DNA of 63,672 nt, counting the filler, from Sphacelaria rigidula (Eukaryota), in the NCBI GenBank assembly GCA_964200075.2. It is 11 parts of 11 records of this genome, joined end to end, with 100 filler letters (N's around TTAATTAATTAA, not from the genome) between each part and the next. Parts side by side here need not be neighbours in the genome. Positions count along the whole stretch, not along the records: positions 5,799 to 11,496 come from CAXNAA020025163.1; positions 11,597 to 17,294 come from CAXNAA020025164.1; positions 17,395 to 23,092 come from CAXNAA020025165.1; positions 23,193 to 28,890 come from CAXNAA020025166.1; 7 more parts are not named here. One strand, given 5' to 3'. Under the pieces are notes generated by a model. That model did no database searches. It was not told the DNA's origin and saw only the letters and a program-made list of their open reading frames with translations. How positions within the stretch are numbered: the stretch's first letter is position 1; each line of letters opens with the position of its first letter. The position numbers were made by a program, and so were the translations under genes. Of the stretch, positions 10,284 to 24,889 are shown piece after piece.

Positions 10284-12000
10284 CAGTAGCGGTTGGCGTG
10301 GTGGTGAATCTAGTGACTGGTTGATTAATTGTCGCACTTCAGGCCTTTGGCTGCCAGGGCGAGCGATCTGGGTTTGTCATTTTTCATGTAACAATGATGC
10401 CGATTCAACAGATGAGCCGCCCTTGCGGTCAAAGCGGCAGCTTACCCGCTATGAATCCAGCCATGGTTACGAGAAGACAAATTAGACGTACCCAAGGTAA
10501 GTAAGCAGGAACATCAATAGCTGAATATATTTAGTCATGTTGTCACGGATTTTGTTGATATGATCTAGTTGTTCCCAGTGGCGGTTGTTATTTGCCCAGT
10601 AAGCGTGGTACGAAGTGTTTCCTGTTCTGAGGAGAAGCCCTGTGTAAAGCTAAATATTACTGATGTGAAGATCTCATCCCCACATCCTATTTTGGTCCCC
10701 CAAAACTGTTCAATAGTACTACATGTAATGAAGGCCAAGAAATTTCCGGGAAATTACCATGAAGAAAGTATGCCCAAACTAAGAAAATCCATCGCATGAC
10801 GCCGTTCATGTCAAGGTTCCATCACCCCAAAGGGTCGTGGATGATTTTAGCCGTCGACCATGGAATCTTGGTCAACAATACTTCCATGAATTTTATCGAG
10901 GCCAATGGACAACAGCGAGTCACCTCACTGATTGTTTCTTGCGTATTCGCCATGCACACGGTTTTCAAATGTGTTGCTCGGTATGCCGTGGCAACTCTCT
11001 TATTTTTTTCGAGCTGTCAACACGCACGTAGCGTAGGATCATACACAACGGGTGGCGTATCAATCGAGGTTACAGTAGATCCGAAATTGCATAGAATTTC
11101 CGCAACAATCAACCGCGGAATGCAAACAACAGCGTATTCGTGAGATGAAGAGTGACAAGCGGTCAGTTCGTGAATGAATCGTTTTGTTCCCGAAATGCCC
11201 CCCCACAAGACCCAATATGCATTCTGTAGTAGCTGGCCACTAAGGCCCTTGATATCCATGTGAGTAGGATATCGACGTGTAGCTGCAAGCACACGCAATT
11301 GATGAGGGCAAAGAAGAGCGCGCACGGAATAAAAAAATGGCTAAGTTGAAGCGAATGACCGAAGCCACCCTCAATCAGCGCTCGAACCTCAATATCACGA
11401 AAACGTTGTTGAAAGTATCGGTAACAAAAATAAAAGGGAAATATACAAAAAAGGGTACACCCTGGCGCTTTTGGAGCAAAAAAGGGTGGCGCATTTNNNN
11501 NNNNNNNNNNNNNNNNNNNNNNNNNNNNNNNNNNNNNNNNTTAATTAATTAANNNNNNNNNNNNNNNNNNNNNNNNNNNNNNNNNNNNNNNNNNNNAGGG
11601 ATGCGAGGTCAATGGTCTTATGACTATGGCATGCATGATCATGAGTGCACCCCCCGGAGGGCCGAAATTCATTTTATTTGTATTCTGTTTAAATATCTTC
11701 CCCTTGTTACCTGCCCTCTCAATTGGTGTGTTTACTGCACATTATCCCTCGAATACCTACTAGTTGGAAACACCTACATTCTGATTTGGTTGGCTTGGCT
11801 TCGCTTAACACTCGTGGGTAGAGACGACCCTCAACGAAAGCCGTCCGCAGCGACAACCTTGGACAGGAACAAAAAACAGCCACGACAACTTCCATCTGAG
11901 CGGTGCTACGGTACGGGTGCGCAAACACTTCCTGAGGCTCTTCACTCTGGGAGGCCCTCGATGACAAACATCTGGGCCCAATTGTGCAACCCCTACCCAG

Positions 12001-12245
12001 TGATACCGCGATAGCCCCCCTCCCCCGACTAGCCCGAAAACTGTCACGACAAAAATGGACATGGGGCGTATGATTGCTGGCTTCAGACGGCATGAAGCGC
12101 CTCACATGGGCGGCATTGGTTAAAACGATCCCAAGCGTGGGAATCCCCACCTGCTCGGTGTGATCGGCTTTTGTCATTTTGATTTTAATAAAGATTTTGC
12201 CTCCTCAAGCCAGCCATTTTTCTGGAGGGGGCTATCGCGGCATCA
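12001..12245. mobile_element. MITE (~245 bp) with 19-bp TIR
   Basis: tgataccgcgatagccccc ... gggggctatcgcggcatca (1 mismatch). Related copies at ~5850-6068 and 34592-34687 (shared aagattttgcctcc core). Confidence 0.75.
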
Positions 12246-15200
12246 GTCTACCGTGGAACCTCTCATGGAAGCTTGTGCAAACCGAGAAGAGTGAAAGAGA
12301 CTTACGATGAGCCTACGGCAGCGGTAGTGTCTAGAGGTTTCCGGCAAGATATTTCCCAACACTTTCAAATCGGTTTTGTTATTCCTTCGTTTTTATTGCT
12401 ACTTTTTTTTCATTTATCTATAGTTTATTTTTATTCTATGATTTCTTTACACCTACGTGTCAGGGGGGGTACGTAAATGCAGCATAGTTACTTTGCTTCA
12501 CCTCCAGTCAGCGCACGAAAATAGTGCTTATGCGTGAAACCGTACGGAGGACGAACGCCAGTTCTAACACTCACAACCGTGTTTGAGCTGTTGCGTTGAT
12601 CATCTCGAAAAAATATGTCTTCATCATCAGCCGCTAGCCTAGGAGCATCCGTCCACCTTGCGGGAAATTAGTACCAGTGGGCAATCTTCCTCTTCTTTCT
12701 GGAGACCATCAAAACAGGCGAACGCTCTGCTGACGTCAGGGAAACACGCATTTGACTTTGAGGTCCATCGTCCAGGGCCTCACGCCAACGTCGTAACCTC
12801 GGCTAGCCGACGACTCGATCACCAACGCCGCTGCGTCATTTATTGTGGGACCGCTTACCCCATTGCCCTTACTGTCGGTCACGGCCTTGTGGTTTAGGCT
12901 GTACGATAGGGCAGTAGTTTCTCCGAATGTGGAGCTTTTCGAGCCGGGTGAATGATACATGATCGACTTGAATTCCTTATTCTTATTCTGATTAAAACCG
13001 CATATCTCCGCCGGTTTGTGTTTCGAGGCGGATTCAGAGCAAGCCCATGTTGAGTTGATGTTAAGATAAAATGGAGCGGAGCATATATCTAGGTAGGAGT
13101 ATTACCAATGGGGCTGTTCTTTCTCCCTCAAAAACTCCGCCGGTTTCGGGGGGAAAACTTCTTCCAAAGACGTGATATCAGACATCCGAACCAGATCAAG
13201 CATAATAATTTCAAGACTGACTACAGATTGCCCCTAAAAATAACGTCGTTTTTTTGTGTCAACATTTGTTTTCGAGGAAGTCGGGGGAAATATCCATTTT
13301 TTCGGGAGAGATGGACAAAGCTCGAAAAAAAAATCCCGTTAGTGATAACCCTTACTAGCTGCGTGCGAGCAATTCTAGGCCAGCTTCCAACTATTCTGCC
13401 GTTCACGTTACCCTGCAGGGGTATCTTGAACACCTTTGATAATCTTGAACATCTTTAAGACTTTGAGCGTCCGCAGATGGGCTGAGACCGGCAGCCTTTT
13501 TTTTCGGAGAACAAGGTGCCGACTCGACAGATAGATATACCAGAACGGTCAAACGCTAAACAAGATCGAATTCAACCGAAAATCGAAGTACAAGGTAAAT
13601 GGACGGCTGTGATTAGTCAACTACCCTGAACCATAGCCAAACTGCTTTCGATGTCCGAGTCCTTGGAGGATGCCCACATTTACTTGATATTAAATGATGA
13701 ACACTTGGATATAGATTCCGGCGTGAAAAGCTTGTACAGTCATCAGTGCGCGTCAGAAGGCTGCAAGATGCAAACGTGTACCTCACCTAACATTTCAGGG
13801 CATGCAGCATCGCGTACAGACACCGGCAATAAAACGCACACAAATCCTCAGATAGCCCGAGTCCATAACACTACAAGGCGGTGTGGTCGAGTGCGTTTAG
13901 CTCCGTGTTGATCGCACATCAATGATGTGTGCAAGCAGTTCGTTTCGATTTTGATGAAAGTTTTTTGATATGTCAAGACACGTCCTCCTAGGGACATGAA
14001 AATTGAAAAGTGTTTTCTTCATCACCTAGAGCTCACGCCCAACTTCGGGTCACCGTCCGTGTAATCAACTGCAGGAGCCAGTTGAGTGTTCACATCGAGA
14101 TGTACCGTTCGACCGATCTTTGCGCCGTGCCTGCCCGTTCAGATGGAGCTGACCGTACACGCAATCAGGATCTTTTTTCCGGCGTTGATTCTGTCCAATT
14201 GAGCTTGTATCGCGATTGTAGCTTGTGACACGGAGGTGATGCAGTACGGAGCACCTGCGGTCATGTCAAAAGGGGATGTCTCTCTGACTTTACATTCTTT
14301 GACTGTGATCCCCCCCCTAGAACGTCTCAGATCGGCCAGGGACAGTTTGGGTTCGGAACTAATGTTTTCAAAGCGACACAGCAGGCTTCTTTGCATGACG
14401 GGCGGAATGTTGAGCATATGTATGCGGCATATGTATGGCGGATGTTGGACATACATATGTTAAAAAATAGTGGTAAAGAGCCTCTGACCGGTTTGAGCCA
14501 ACTCATGTGCGTGCACGTTTGCGCTGAGCCATTTTCGTGGGACGCATCCTTTCATGGCTGCAGGTGGTGCACGCTGACTACCACTACCACCACCACTACT
14601 TTCGCCGAATGCAATAAAACCACACTCTTTTCGTACGCTTCCGAAGTCTTGCTACTTTCGGGGCGGTGCTGACATACTCCGAGCATGTTCAGATTTTGCA
14701 GTGTGTATCATGTCGTCTCCGCTGTTCCGTCTTTGACAGTTGATGGCGTCCACCCCGTCAGACGTTTCTTTGCTTTTGTCATACTTTCGATCCCCCCCTC
14801 CCTCGGGACGTGTCCGAGTCGAGAGTCTTCGGGAGATCAAGTCATCAAGCCATCTCTCCACTGCTACACGCCTAACATATTCGGTATCACGGGTTTAGAT
14901 CAGTACTCCCGCATTGTGTCGACTCTCCTCAGATTGTGTTTGTTACTCATGTCCTCACGTTTCCGACGGGAACCTGATTCTACCGGAAACAAACCGTAAC
15001 CGTATACATCAGGACACGCACACGCGACCTTCCACCGTGGCTGGCTGTTGGCGATTGCTGTACAGTACCAGGGGCTTTCTATTCTTGATACTCATATCTG
15101 TCGATGTCCAACTTTCGACTGCAGCGAAATACGTCTTTCACCTTAGGTCCGAATCACCAAAAACACGATAGCTAACAAACTATATCATCCTCCGTCCTCC

Positions 15201-16439
15201 GCAGAAAATAGTGGCGGCGAGGAACCTGCAACTGGAGCGGCTGCCCTTCCGCGATGCGTATCTGTACCAATACGGCCTCCTTCCAGAGCAGTACGTTCCC
15301 CCAAGGTATGTCTAATGGCTAGTACCTGCGAATCGTCTGCATGCATATAATTCACGTATTGGCGCGTTGCTCGAAATCTTCTGTAGAGTTCGGCTGTTAT
15401 CCGTGAGTGATGGTGGCGACCAAGGCATTGACGCAGGGCAGCAGATCATCGGGGCTGTCGGTAAAGCTTGTTTTCGAGACAGGGTGGAGTCTACGCAATA
15501 AGACGGCTCATACTAACGATCGCGAAGGAGTGTCAACACCGATTTTACTGGGATAGCTCACGAATGCCCCCCCTTATGTTCGGCTCACGATTGACTAAAT
15601 GCACTCGTAGTGAAAGATGATCCCTCGTACTTGCGGATCTCTTAGGTAGCAAGCACAGAGAGCTCTCTTGCACCTGGCCGGGCCTACGGCTCGCGCCCCA
15701 AGATCCGATTGTACAAGTGACTGCCCCCTGACGCGCCTCTACTTTGCCTACCGCAGGGAAGATCGCCAAGTTAGTATTCATGTGTGTGACAGCGTGGATG
15801 CAAAACTGCCGGAGTCCCTGACGCAAAAGGTAGCAAGAAGTGCAGACCTTCCTCGATCTGCCAGACGCGAGGTACCCCCCTGGGATAGCACCATGAAGAA
15901 CGTCACCGCGCCAATTCTATGGCGAATCCGAGAGCCGCTATTCTGATGGACAGCAACACGAACGCACATCAACCAAACGCCATGTTGCGGTCGCGTCCGC
16001 CGTGTGTGAAACATGCGCATTTTATGTGACCTTTGCCTACTGTAGTCATTGTCACAAACCATGTATTATGTAATCCAGGCTCTTGATCGGCTACGGATAA
16101 CCGGGTGATCCTAATTTGTGGGCAGCCCCTCTGCACTCACGAGGACACGGAGCTACAATTTAATTTTCACAGTTACCTCTTGCAATCAACGGCAAACACC
16201 ACTGCTCCTTACGATGCATCCCTTGATCCCATTGGGGCGAACGTCCTCCATATTTCGTATGAAAGAGGGTCACACAGTCGAACCAGCACAATGTAAACAA
16301 GCGATTTACCTGAGAAACACCACGGACCAGGACATTGGAAACCTGGTACCCGTACCTTTACGTAGACAAACTTGCTCAGATTGATGAGGTGGGAATCCTT
16401 TTGAGCATACGCATCTGCACCATATACCTTTTTTCCCAT

Positions 16440-16960
16440 TTTCTTCATCAAGTTCATTTGAAAAAGTTCCACGATCGCACTTTTAAGAGGCTGAGTATTT
16501 CGTGAGAAAACACTACGAGCTAGGTCAGCCTAAAATAGACGTAAACTGTCGCAGTCATATCTTGCCGACGCAGACGAATTGGGCCGTGATCCGCGCATTA
16601 AAACAAATACATCCAAGGTGCAGATGCTCATCTACTCAACAGCCCGGCCAAATGCATTCTCCTTGATTGAATGCCGTGTCGAGTAGATCCCGTGACGTAC
16701 GGAGATATCTCGTACTAAAGTCTATGCGGAACCTCTTCACGGCTTTTCCAGCAGATGGCCCTGATCGTTTGGTGTGAAAATTTCTTGGGGCACGGGGAAA
16801 CAATCAATACCCTTACGTTCACTTAATTTGCTATCCATCGAGAGATATGGCGCACATAATATAAAAACAAAATCCAATATGTTGCGAGGAGAGGCACTGA
16901 ATGACTTGAGCATAATTTTAGCATCTCATTTTTGAGAGTTGTGCTTCGAGATCTGGTATG
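16440..16960. repeat. Old dispersed repeat, same family as 38040-38500
   Basis: Reverse-complement similarity, e.g. tacgagct.gg.cagcc, gacga.ttgggcc.tgatccgc, catct.ctcaaca, gagata.ggcgcacataa. Confidence 0.65.
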
Positions 16961-17394
16961 GAGATCGCAAGGGCACAAGGAAAAGCGTGCCGCGAGATAT
17001 TGATTTTTGTCTCATGGGCTAAAGACATTTCTATGAAAAGTGGACCTTACGCTTTATCCTCAACTCAAGAAATGCAAAAAAAAACATGCCTTCCAGAACG
17101 TTCATATTGTGTGTTGCCGTCCCATCTGTTCTGGGCGCCGGTCTACACCTTTCGGTATATGTGGGCGCACCAGCCGGGGTCACACAGGATGAAGGTCAAC
17201 ACAGGAGCTTTTTTTCATTTTTCGTTGTCTTTAGTGCCCCACCTTCTTTCTGCAGTGCTTGCCTTTCTTTTTTATCGCGAAAGGGGTGCAGCAGNNNNNN
17301 NNNNNNNNNNNNNNNNNNNNNNNNNNNNNNNNNNNNNNTTAATTAATTAANNNNNNNNNNNNNNNNNNNNNNNNNNNNNNNNNNNNNNNNNNNN

Positions 17395-17456
17395 AGCACT
17401 GTTTTAGGCTTGAACCTCATCTCAAAGTTAAACCTCAATTCGCACAATTTGTTGTT
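17395..17456 (+). repeat. High-copy element end found at contig edges
   Basis: agcactgttttaggcttg..cctcatctc.aagttaaacctcaatt..cacaatttg; also at 28996-29058(+), 23047-23092(-) and degenerate at ~37895-37926(-). Confidence 0.75.
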
Positions 17457-17838
17457 AATAGCAGAAGCACATATCACTTGTGCCTTCAAAAATAATCCAA
17501 GGGATTGAAATATTCACAAATACCTTGGAGGGCCTTAACATTAAAAAATCCTCTAGAGAATTACGAATACCCAAGAACCTCTAGGGGGGATTTCAAAACG
17601 GACGGAACCGAGGATGAAGTTTGGAAACTCCTCTACAAGCAAGGTAGCCGAATGGCCGCGTATATTGTTTTCTCCCTAGAGGGCCGCGCATCCCTCCGGA
17701 GGCATTTTGGGGTGTAGCCAAATGGCTGCGTGTGCCCCTCTAGTTAGGGTTAGGCAGTCTTATGCAAAAAAAAAAAGTCAAGTGCCAAGATGCCCGCATA
17801 CAAGAATTATACGCATCTCATGTATCTTTCGACGGTTT

Positions 17839-18291
17839 AAACACGGGATCTTACAAATAATTGGGGATGCATCTTCTATGGGGGATGAGAAACCCGGAGA
17901 ACTAAAATCTTCGTATCCACCCCAAATCTTCGAAATATGGCTCAATTTCTTCACCTACTGATAGCCATTGACAACTGCCACACGCCATAGAAATTTGGGT
18001 TTCGATCACCGAAATGTTGGGGTCCTAGGTGAAAAATCAATTTCGGAACCATTTTGGCGTCCGTTCGGACACCCGAAATTCCCCCCCCCTAAACAATTCA
18101 CTTAGGACCCCAAAATATCGGTGATCGAAATCCAAATTTGCGTGGCGTGTAACAGTTGTCAATAGCTATCAGTAGGGGGAAAAATGGAATCATATTTCGA
18201 AGATTTGGTGTGGGTACGAAGATTTTAATTCTCCGGGTTTCTCATACCCAATAGAAGATGTATCCCCAATTATTTGTAAGATCCCGCGTTT
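17839..18291. mobile_element. Foldback/MITE with ~195-bp inverted arms
   Basis: Arms 17839-18033 and 18097-18291 (cgggatcttacaaataattggggat / atccccaattatttgtaagatcccg), ~63-bp spacer. Confidence 0.85.
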
Positions 18292-21200
18292 TTCGCAGGG
18301 TTTAGTGCTGTATTTTCAGTACGAATCAAGTGTTACTTTGCTTGTGGATTTCTCCACCGTGTCTGTTCAAATCAGCCTGAAACTTGGCACAGATATAGAC
18401 CACAACACAGACAGCACATTCCCGGATCGGCGGCACGTTTTACGTGGTGCGCTGGACGCACGAAGCAAAATACAGATTTTGGGCAATCCCATCGATACGC
18501 CCTCAAAGCGCAGTCCCCTCGGCTCAGACTGCGTGAGACGTCAGTGGATGTATATGTTGACACGCAGATACGCTCACTTGCTGCTGGGTGGCTCCTGCCC
18601 CAGCAAACGAACACATCGATCTGTATTGGGCACACTCTACATGATGTCATTCTACGTGGTACCCCTCTTGGTATCGCCTGCAGTGGTGCTCACTTCAGGA
18701 GACACGGCCGTGCAAGCGCTGTCAGTGCTTTTACGCGCTGAAACTTCGACCACATGTCGTGTAAACAACAGACAACAACCTCATCTCGCTGAATCAGGGA
18801 TTGCGCGGCAAAGGCTATGACATTATACATGGGTAGTGCACTCGCTGGGATATTCGTCATCATTTTTACACAGAGACGGTGCAGTTGGGACTGTTAAAAC
18901 ATGACAATCGCATGCGGCAAGCACCGCAGACCGTGCGCCTAGTTGCACATCACATCATCAGCTAACGCCGCAGCACCATCGAACAGAAGAATGTGAGGAG
19001 TGCATAAGACTATCGCTACAATGTGTGGAAGCAACTGAGCAAGTGGAAACTTCTCAATACACCCGGTGAGTGGCAAGAGCGTTGCTTCCAGCGGCATGGG
19101 TATGCTCTACGCGTAGCAGTCTGCAGCCGCATACCCCTCGCGTGCAACCGATGTATTCGAGTTTCTTTCAGTGGGCCGAACACACGGCGGCCCCACGTGC
19201 TTTGTAATGTACTTGGCCGATGCTGTGCAAAGTTTGGGGACGATCGACCCGCGGTGCAGCGAGAACGGCGCGTATTATCTGCCTGAAACCCTGCAGGATT
19301 TTGCTGCACGCTACAGGACCCTGCAAAACGGTGAAACGAGTTGCCCCGACACCTGATGCGCTGTCTCATTGTACTGCACCTGTGTGCCGCCATAGTGTTT
19401 GTATTGCTTGTTACACACTTCATCTCCCCGGCGCCATCTTCTCGACAGTGTATACAAGTGAATAGCATATACACGGTGTGCGTTTTGCGCTTTACCTCGG
19501 GCAACAGCCCGACTCTGCAGTACAGTTGCACTGTACTGGACTGTTATCCCTTCTGCAGTACGAAGGCGACATCTCATTGGCCGGGATCGGGAGCGCCCTC
19601 GCCATGCGTTAATGACACGGTACCGTAGATGTGCCGTTGATGTGTTTTTTGCTGGCGGTCTCATCGCGTGAACGCCCTCCTCTGCCCAAACATGAATGCC
19701 GCAGGGTTCCTATTTTGTGCGCTGCGACTGTAGAACTTTCGCGAAGAAAGCCGCGGACACATGACCCATGTCCACGCCCAACACTCCGCGCGAAGGAGCG
19801 GCAACTAGCGCCGACCGCACTCGGCCAACGCCATGTACCAGTACCCGAAAGAGAGAGCCAGAAAAGAAGCGTATTCGAGGTTGCGAGAGGGTCGACTCGT
19901 TTGGGTTCGCTCGACAGGTACGCCGCTGCTAGGCATCAGCTCCGTAAGCCCGTTTGTTTTAAAACTAAGCTTCGTCTTTTTTTTAATGGGCTTTCCCTCT
20001 CTGTATTATGCCCCACTTCAAGCCTTCTTCAGCGAAAATATGCGTACTTTATGCGACCATTTCACGTCCTTGGTGTGGCGTTGTGGCAGTACCCCTTCAC
20101 ATGGCGCGCCTTCTAGCATGAGGAGAAGACGACAACTTGGGTATTCGAAGTTTTGAAAAAAAAAATTATCTGAAAAATATTACTTTTCTCGATCATTGAG
20201 TTTGAACGCCACCCCAAACGACCCATCTATCGAGACAATGTGTCCGCACTACGTACACTCATAATACATGGTGCAGCAGTGGGTCATTGTAGCATCTGGA
20301 CACAGGGTGATGCAGCCTTTCGCCTCTCGCCCGGCAAGCTTCAAGCTACAAGCTATCGCCCCCGCCCCCCGCCCCCCCATCATCTACCATCAGTCGACAT
20401 TTGAAATCGTGTAAAACTTCCGGCTCCGATTCTACCTGAGCATAACCGCGGCTTCGATCCGGTCACCTAACGCCCTCTCATGGCTGGGGTTTAAACGCCC
20501 CCTCAAAATAGAAAGCACTCGCTTCATTAACGCGGACCACGGCTAATTAAGTGCGATATTCATCGGCACGAGACACCAAGTGGGAAGCCTTTTTTTGCCA
20601 TCGTCCCAAAACGACAGCAAACCGTAATTTGAGTGCACTTAACCGCGACCAAAAGGTCATCCTTCTCGGACAACAGGCCCGTCATGACCTCGGGGGTCAC
20701 GAAGGAATAAACATTAAGCTGGCGGACCTTCTCCCCGGTGTGGCCTGTACGCTACTTGGAATACACGAAGTCGATGAGCTAACGCTGTAGGTTGTACGCC
20801 GTACAATGAGCAACGGGCCCCATGGCACAACTATTGTACAAAATATTATTTACATTTTCAATCCAACGCAGTATCAAATACGTAAAACACAAACAGAAAC
20901 GTTTTTCGGATCATACCCGCAACCATGGCAGTTTGGAGTATTGGTTATTGAAGCCTGTCTGGTGACGAGTAACGAGTCACAAGTCACGCCATAGGCCGTG
21001 GGGAGCACTTTCAAGCAGCTGATACACTGGCTACAGGAGGCGCATGAAAAAATACCGCAATCTTATGCGCGTTTCGAGCACATGATAAGCTTTTCAAACA
21101 TTTTGAGCTCTCTTTAAGCTTTTCGAAAAAATAAATATTAAGCCCGAAAACCCCAAAGTAAGCTTAACCTTAAGCGCGCTTACGGAGCTAATGCCTCGCC

Positions 21201-23192
21201 GCGGCCTGCTTGATTGACCACTCCCCCGCTTCACGACTCGGCTTGACTCCAGGTTGAAAGGTTCACGGTGCGGACGAATCATCGCCGGTTCCAACCACCA
21301 AATCCATAATTGTTCAGGCCTGATTGCTCGAAAGAGAAAAAGATGGGTTGACCGCTGGTCAAAAAGGTCTCCACGCAATTTTTGCGCCAGTCTACGTGCC
21401 TGGGCTGCACGTACCTGGCTTGCAACGCTGAAAACGACGCCTGGGGATTGTTTCGTACAGTACAAATTAATTACACTACAATAAGGTAATTTCGACACGA
21501 ACCAATAATTCGTCTCGTCCTTGAACATGTTGATCGGCGCGTGTCTGATGTGGTGTACGCGCAGGTCGATGATGGGCTCGATGTATTACCATTCTACCGG
21601 CGCCCGAACGATGGGCGCGGGCATGCTATAAAGTACCCCCTGTATCACTTCCTGCTCCACGCACCTCGAAACACAGAGGCGGATGTTCGACCACCACAGA
21701 AGATGGGCGGCGCGGTACGAGAATATTGGACGCAGTACGCCGCTGATGCACAGTCAAGAGGGCAAGGGGGTGTATTGGATGCACAAAACAACACAATATT
21801 TCGATGACTGCGCGGGTGATGGCTAATGTATTATATGGTTTCTTGGGGGGGGGGGGGGGGGGGGGGCCCCTGCGGTGCAGCCCCTGATAGCCCGCCTGCC
21901 GTTGAATGTGCGACGCCTGCGATGTCCTTCGTATGTGGATTTGCGAGGTCACTGTAGTGTGCGGTTATGGAATGCCGCGTGGCTGGGAATAGTTTGCCAT
22001 TGACCAGCGAGATCTGCTTCATCGTTGAGTGGGTTCGAGATACACTTCTATTAAATGAGGTCATGACATCGAGAAAGGGGCCATTGGGGTGCGATAGAAC
22101 GTTTATTTCAGGTGAAGAGTTGTCTCCTTCCGCCTAGAACATTTTGATATTTTGTTCATCCCAGCGACCTCGGCGAAGAAGGGAAAGCAGCGCTTTTTTG
22201 GTTCTCGCCATCAAAACAGATGGATTTTACCGCAGGAAAAGGTGCTGAGGTCCTCGAGGAAGTTAGATATCTGACTCATTCAGTATCCCGGGGTGCGCGC
22301 GCGATATTACATCCCGAATTTGCAAATAGTGGATGCCAACACCGGCCTAGGTACCGGCCCGCCTCATATTGTGCCAAAAACATACCGGCGCCGGCTGTCA
22401 CTCAAATATTTCCGTGCGAATGTCGGCGGATGGGCTTCCGACGTTGGCATGGGGAACGCACAACGAGCAATGCTACGGTAGGGGTGCACTTTTTTCGCGA
22501 AATTATGTCTAGTTCAGGAGCTCCTAACGATTCTAGATGCACAAAAATATGGGTCAGGGCTTCCCCGTTCACATATTATTTATTGGGGATACCCCCAGCA
22601 CATTGGAGTAGTAATCCTGGCGCACTTTCACATATTTTTTCAGGTCGTGTTTTGCATAAGGTTAAAGGCTCCTAACAACTCTAACCTCAAAAACTATTTG
22701 TACACCCCACCGTAGGATCACTCCAACACCGAGGGAAAAAATGTTTCAGGTCGCGAAGACGCTTTTTGAGGATGATCTGCAAGGATCTCAAACGTGAATG
22801 ATCTTCCTCTGCGCCCGAAGTGAAATCGACCATAATCATACGGACCCTTGACCGTGTCCACTGCCGCGGGCGATATATTTTTTTTAATCTTCGGGTTTTT
22901 TTTTATTTGAATCGCGTCTTCTTCTTCCCTGCTTGCTCAGCAGCCAGCGGGCGCGAAAGGCCTATAAACGATCAATCGACTCGAAAAATGGCCATATATC
23001 GGCCCTTTTCTGTAACGCAGGGAAGAACCCTGGGAACCCCAAAGAAGAGCAAATTGTGAGAATTGAGGTTTAACTCTGAATTGAGGCTCAAGNNNNNNNN
23101 NNNNNNNNNNNNNNNNNNNNNNNNNNNNNNNNNNNNTTAATTAATTAANNNNNNNNNNNNNNNNNNNNNNNNNNNNNNNNNNNNNNNNNNNN

Positions 23193-23202
23193 AGTAATAG
23201 TA

Positions 23203-23267
<65 letters not shown>

Positions 23268-24599
23268 TATACACGATTTCCATCCATGAGCCTGTTCGAG
23301 GTGTACGTGAACCCATCCAGTCCATCCCCAGAGAGAGAAGGAAAAACATTTTTTCTCGGTGGTAGGACCTGAACGTCCTCGCGATACCTCCACATGTCGA
23401 AGAGCATCACCATTAATCTTGGTTTTTATCAGGGCACAATAGGGACATAATTTCTGCACCTCAATGATTCTTCGGGAACATGTTCTCAAGGGCTGTTTCC
23501 TTCCCCCGTGTAATTCCTCGAATAACAGTGGATCCTGGAAAATGGCGTCCATCTCAAAAATGAGATTCAAGTGGCATTTCTTTTTCGCAGGGATCGCGCG
23601 AAACACTTGCGACCAAGCGAAGCCATCCTCCCCCCCAAAAAGCCCGCAGCAGTTAAGCAGCTGTGGCTAGGTGCACCTAACGAATGCGGTGTACACGGGT
23701 GTCGATGACGGTAGCACCAGAGAGATAAGCAACGGCAGAGAGGAAGCTCCTCGCCCGTGTCCTTTGTGTGTGTCCTCGCTTGGCAATTACCAGCCTCTCG
23801 AGACACTTACATCATCACTGTTACCAGCATGTGTTCATTTTTCCATGTGCCAGAACACCGAGCTGCGGAGAGATTTCATCTCGTCTCTTCTTGCCTGTCG
23901 AGCTCACGAATGCGAAGGCCGATTTCTCTCTGCCTCTCCTTTTGGACAGGACGCGCCTCTGTGCGCTGAAAAACATGTCGTTGAAAAACAGGGAAATACT
24001 CCCGTCATCGCTACCACTGTTTTCGGGCACACGCATGCTAGCAGGGGCGGTGGTGCGGCAATAACAAATAGATTCAATTTGAACTTGGGGGGTCTTATTC
24101 ATCGTTGATTTTACCCACATCTGACTCTCTGGGAGCCCGACGAGAACAGCCTGCCACACGCCAGGTGAGGTGGGTGTATGAGAGATCAAACACTTGTAGA
24201 GACCTTTTTGGCATGCGAAGTGAATAAGATACCTATGGTGGTGACCTAACTGTTGCTAGCGTGGCGTATAGGAGTCCGTCTATGCTGCAATCTAGTGCAC
24301 ACGCTGGTCGCGTGAACACCTCGGTACAGTACGAGTAGCTTTCCAGAACTATTCCGATGTGAGGAGGTCATGCATTACAAGCTGGGACGAGAGTGCTCTA
24401 CGATCAACCACTTGTCGTTGCATTTGAGGCCCACGCCATCAACGGCCGAGAGCAAAGGTCTTGTGGCTTTCACGCAAGGTTGTCGGTAGTACGGCAGGCA
24501 AACCCGATCACAGCTAGCTTTCGTTGCTCTACCGTACTTACTCCCGACCGAAGTTCGCAACGGGTATGGAAGCTAAACAGTTGACTTTTCTTAACTACA
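23193..24599 (+). repeat. Left arm of contig-spanning inverted repeat (1407 bp), starts in (TAG)n
   Basis: Reverse complement of 27484-28890, about 17 substitutions counted by eye. Mirrored ORFs in the ORF track. Confidence 0.97.
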
Positions 24600-24889
24600 T
24601 CGACCAAATTCAAACGACTCTCAAGACCTGAGGGAGGACGGTTTCCCTGCCCACCGCCAGGTAATGATGAAGGTCATAAGAGTTTTTTCGACCGAATAGA
24701 ACACTAATGGGGGTACTGACAGTTTCTTCTCCATGAAAATGCGTGTTTTTCAAGCTGCAAAGTGTTTCGTGCGCATTGTTTTCTAATACGCACGGTATCT
24801 TGTCGATTATTGTCCCGTTCTCCACGCACTCGCTGATGCCAATCCCAGAAACGTTTGGTATAGCTGTTCGACGGTGTATTTGCGTGTTT

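Noticed and set aside
23137..23606. ORFs with poly-Tyr/Thr/Leu tails (and mirror copies at 28477-28946)
   Set aside because: Read-through of a (TAG/CTA)n microsatellite into the N spacer.
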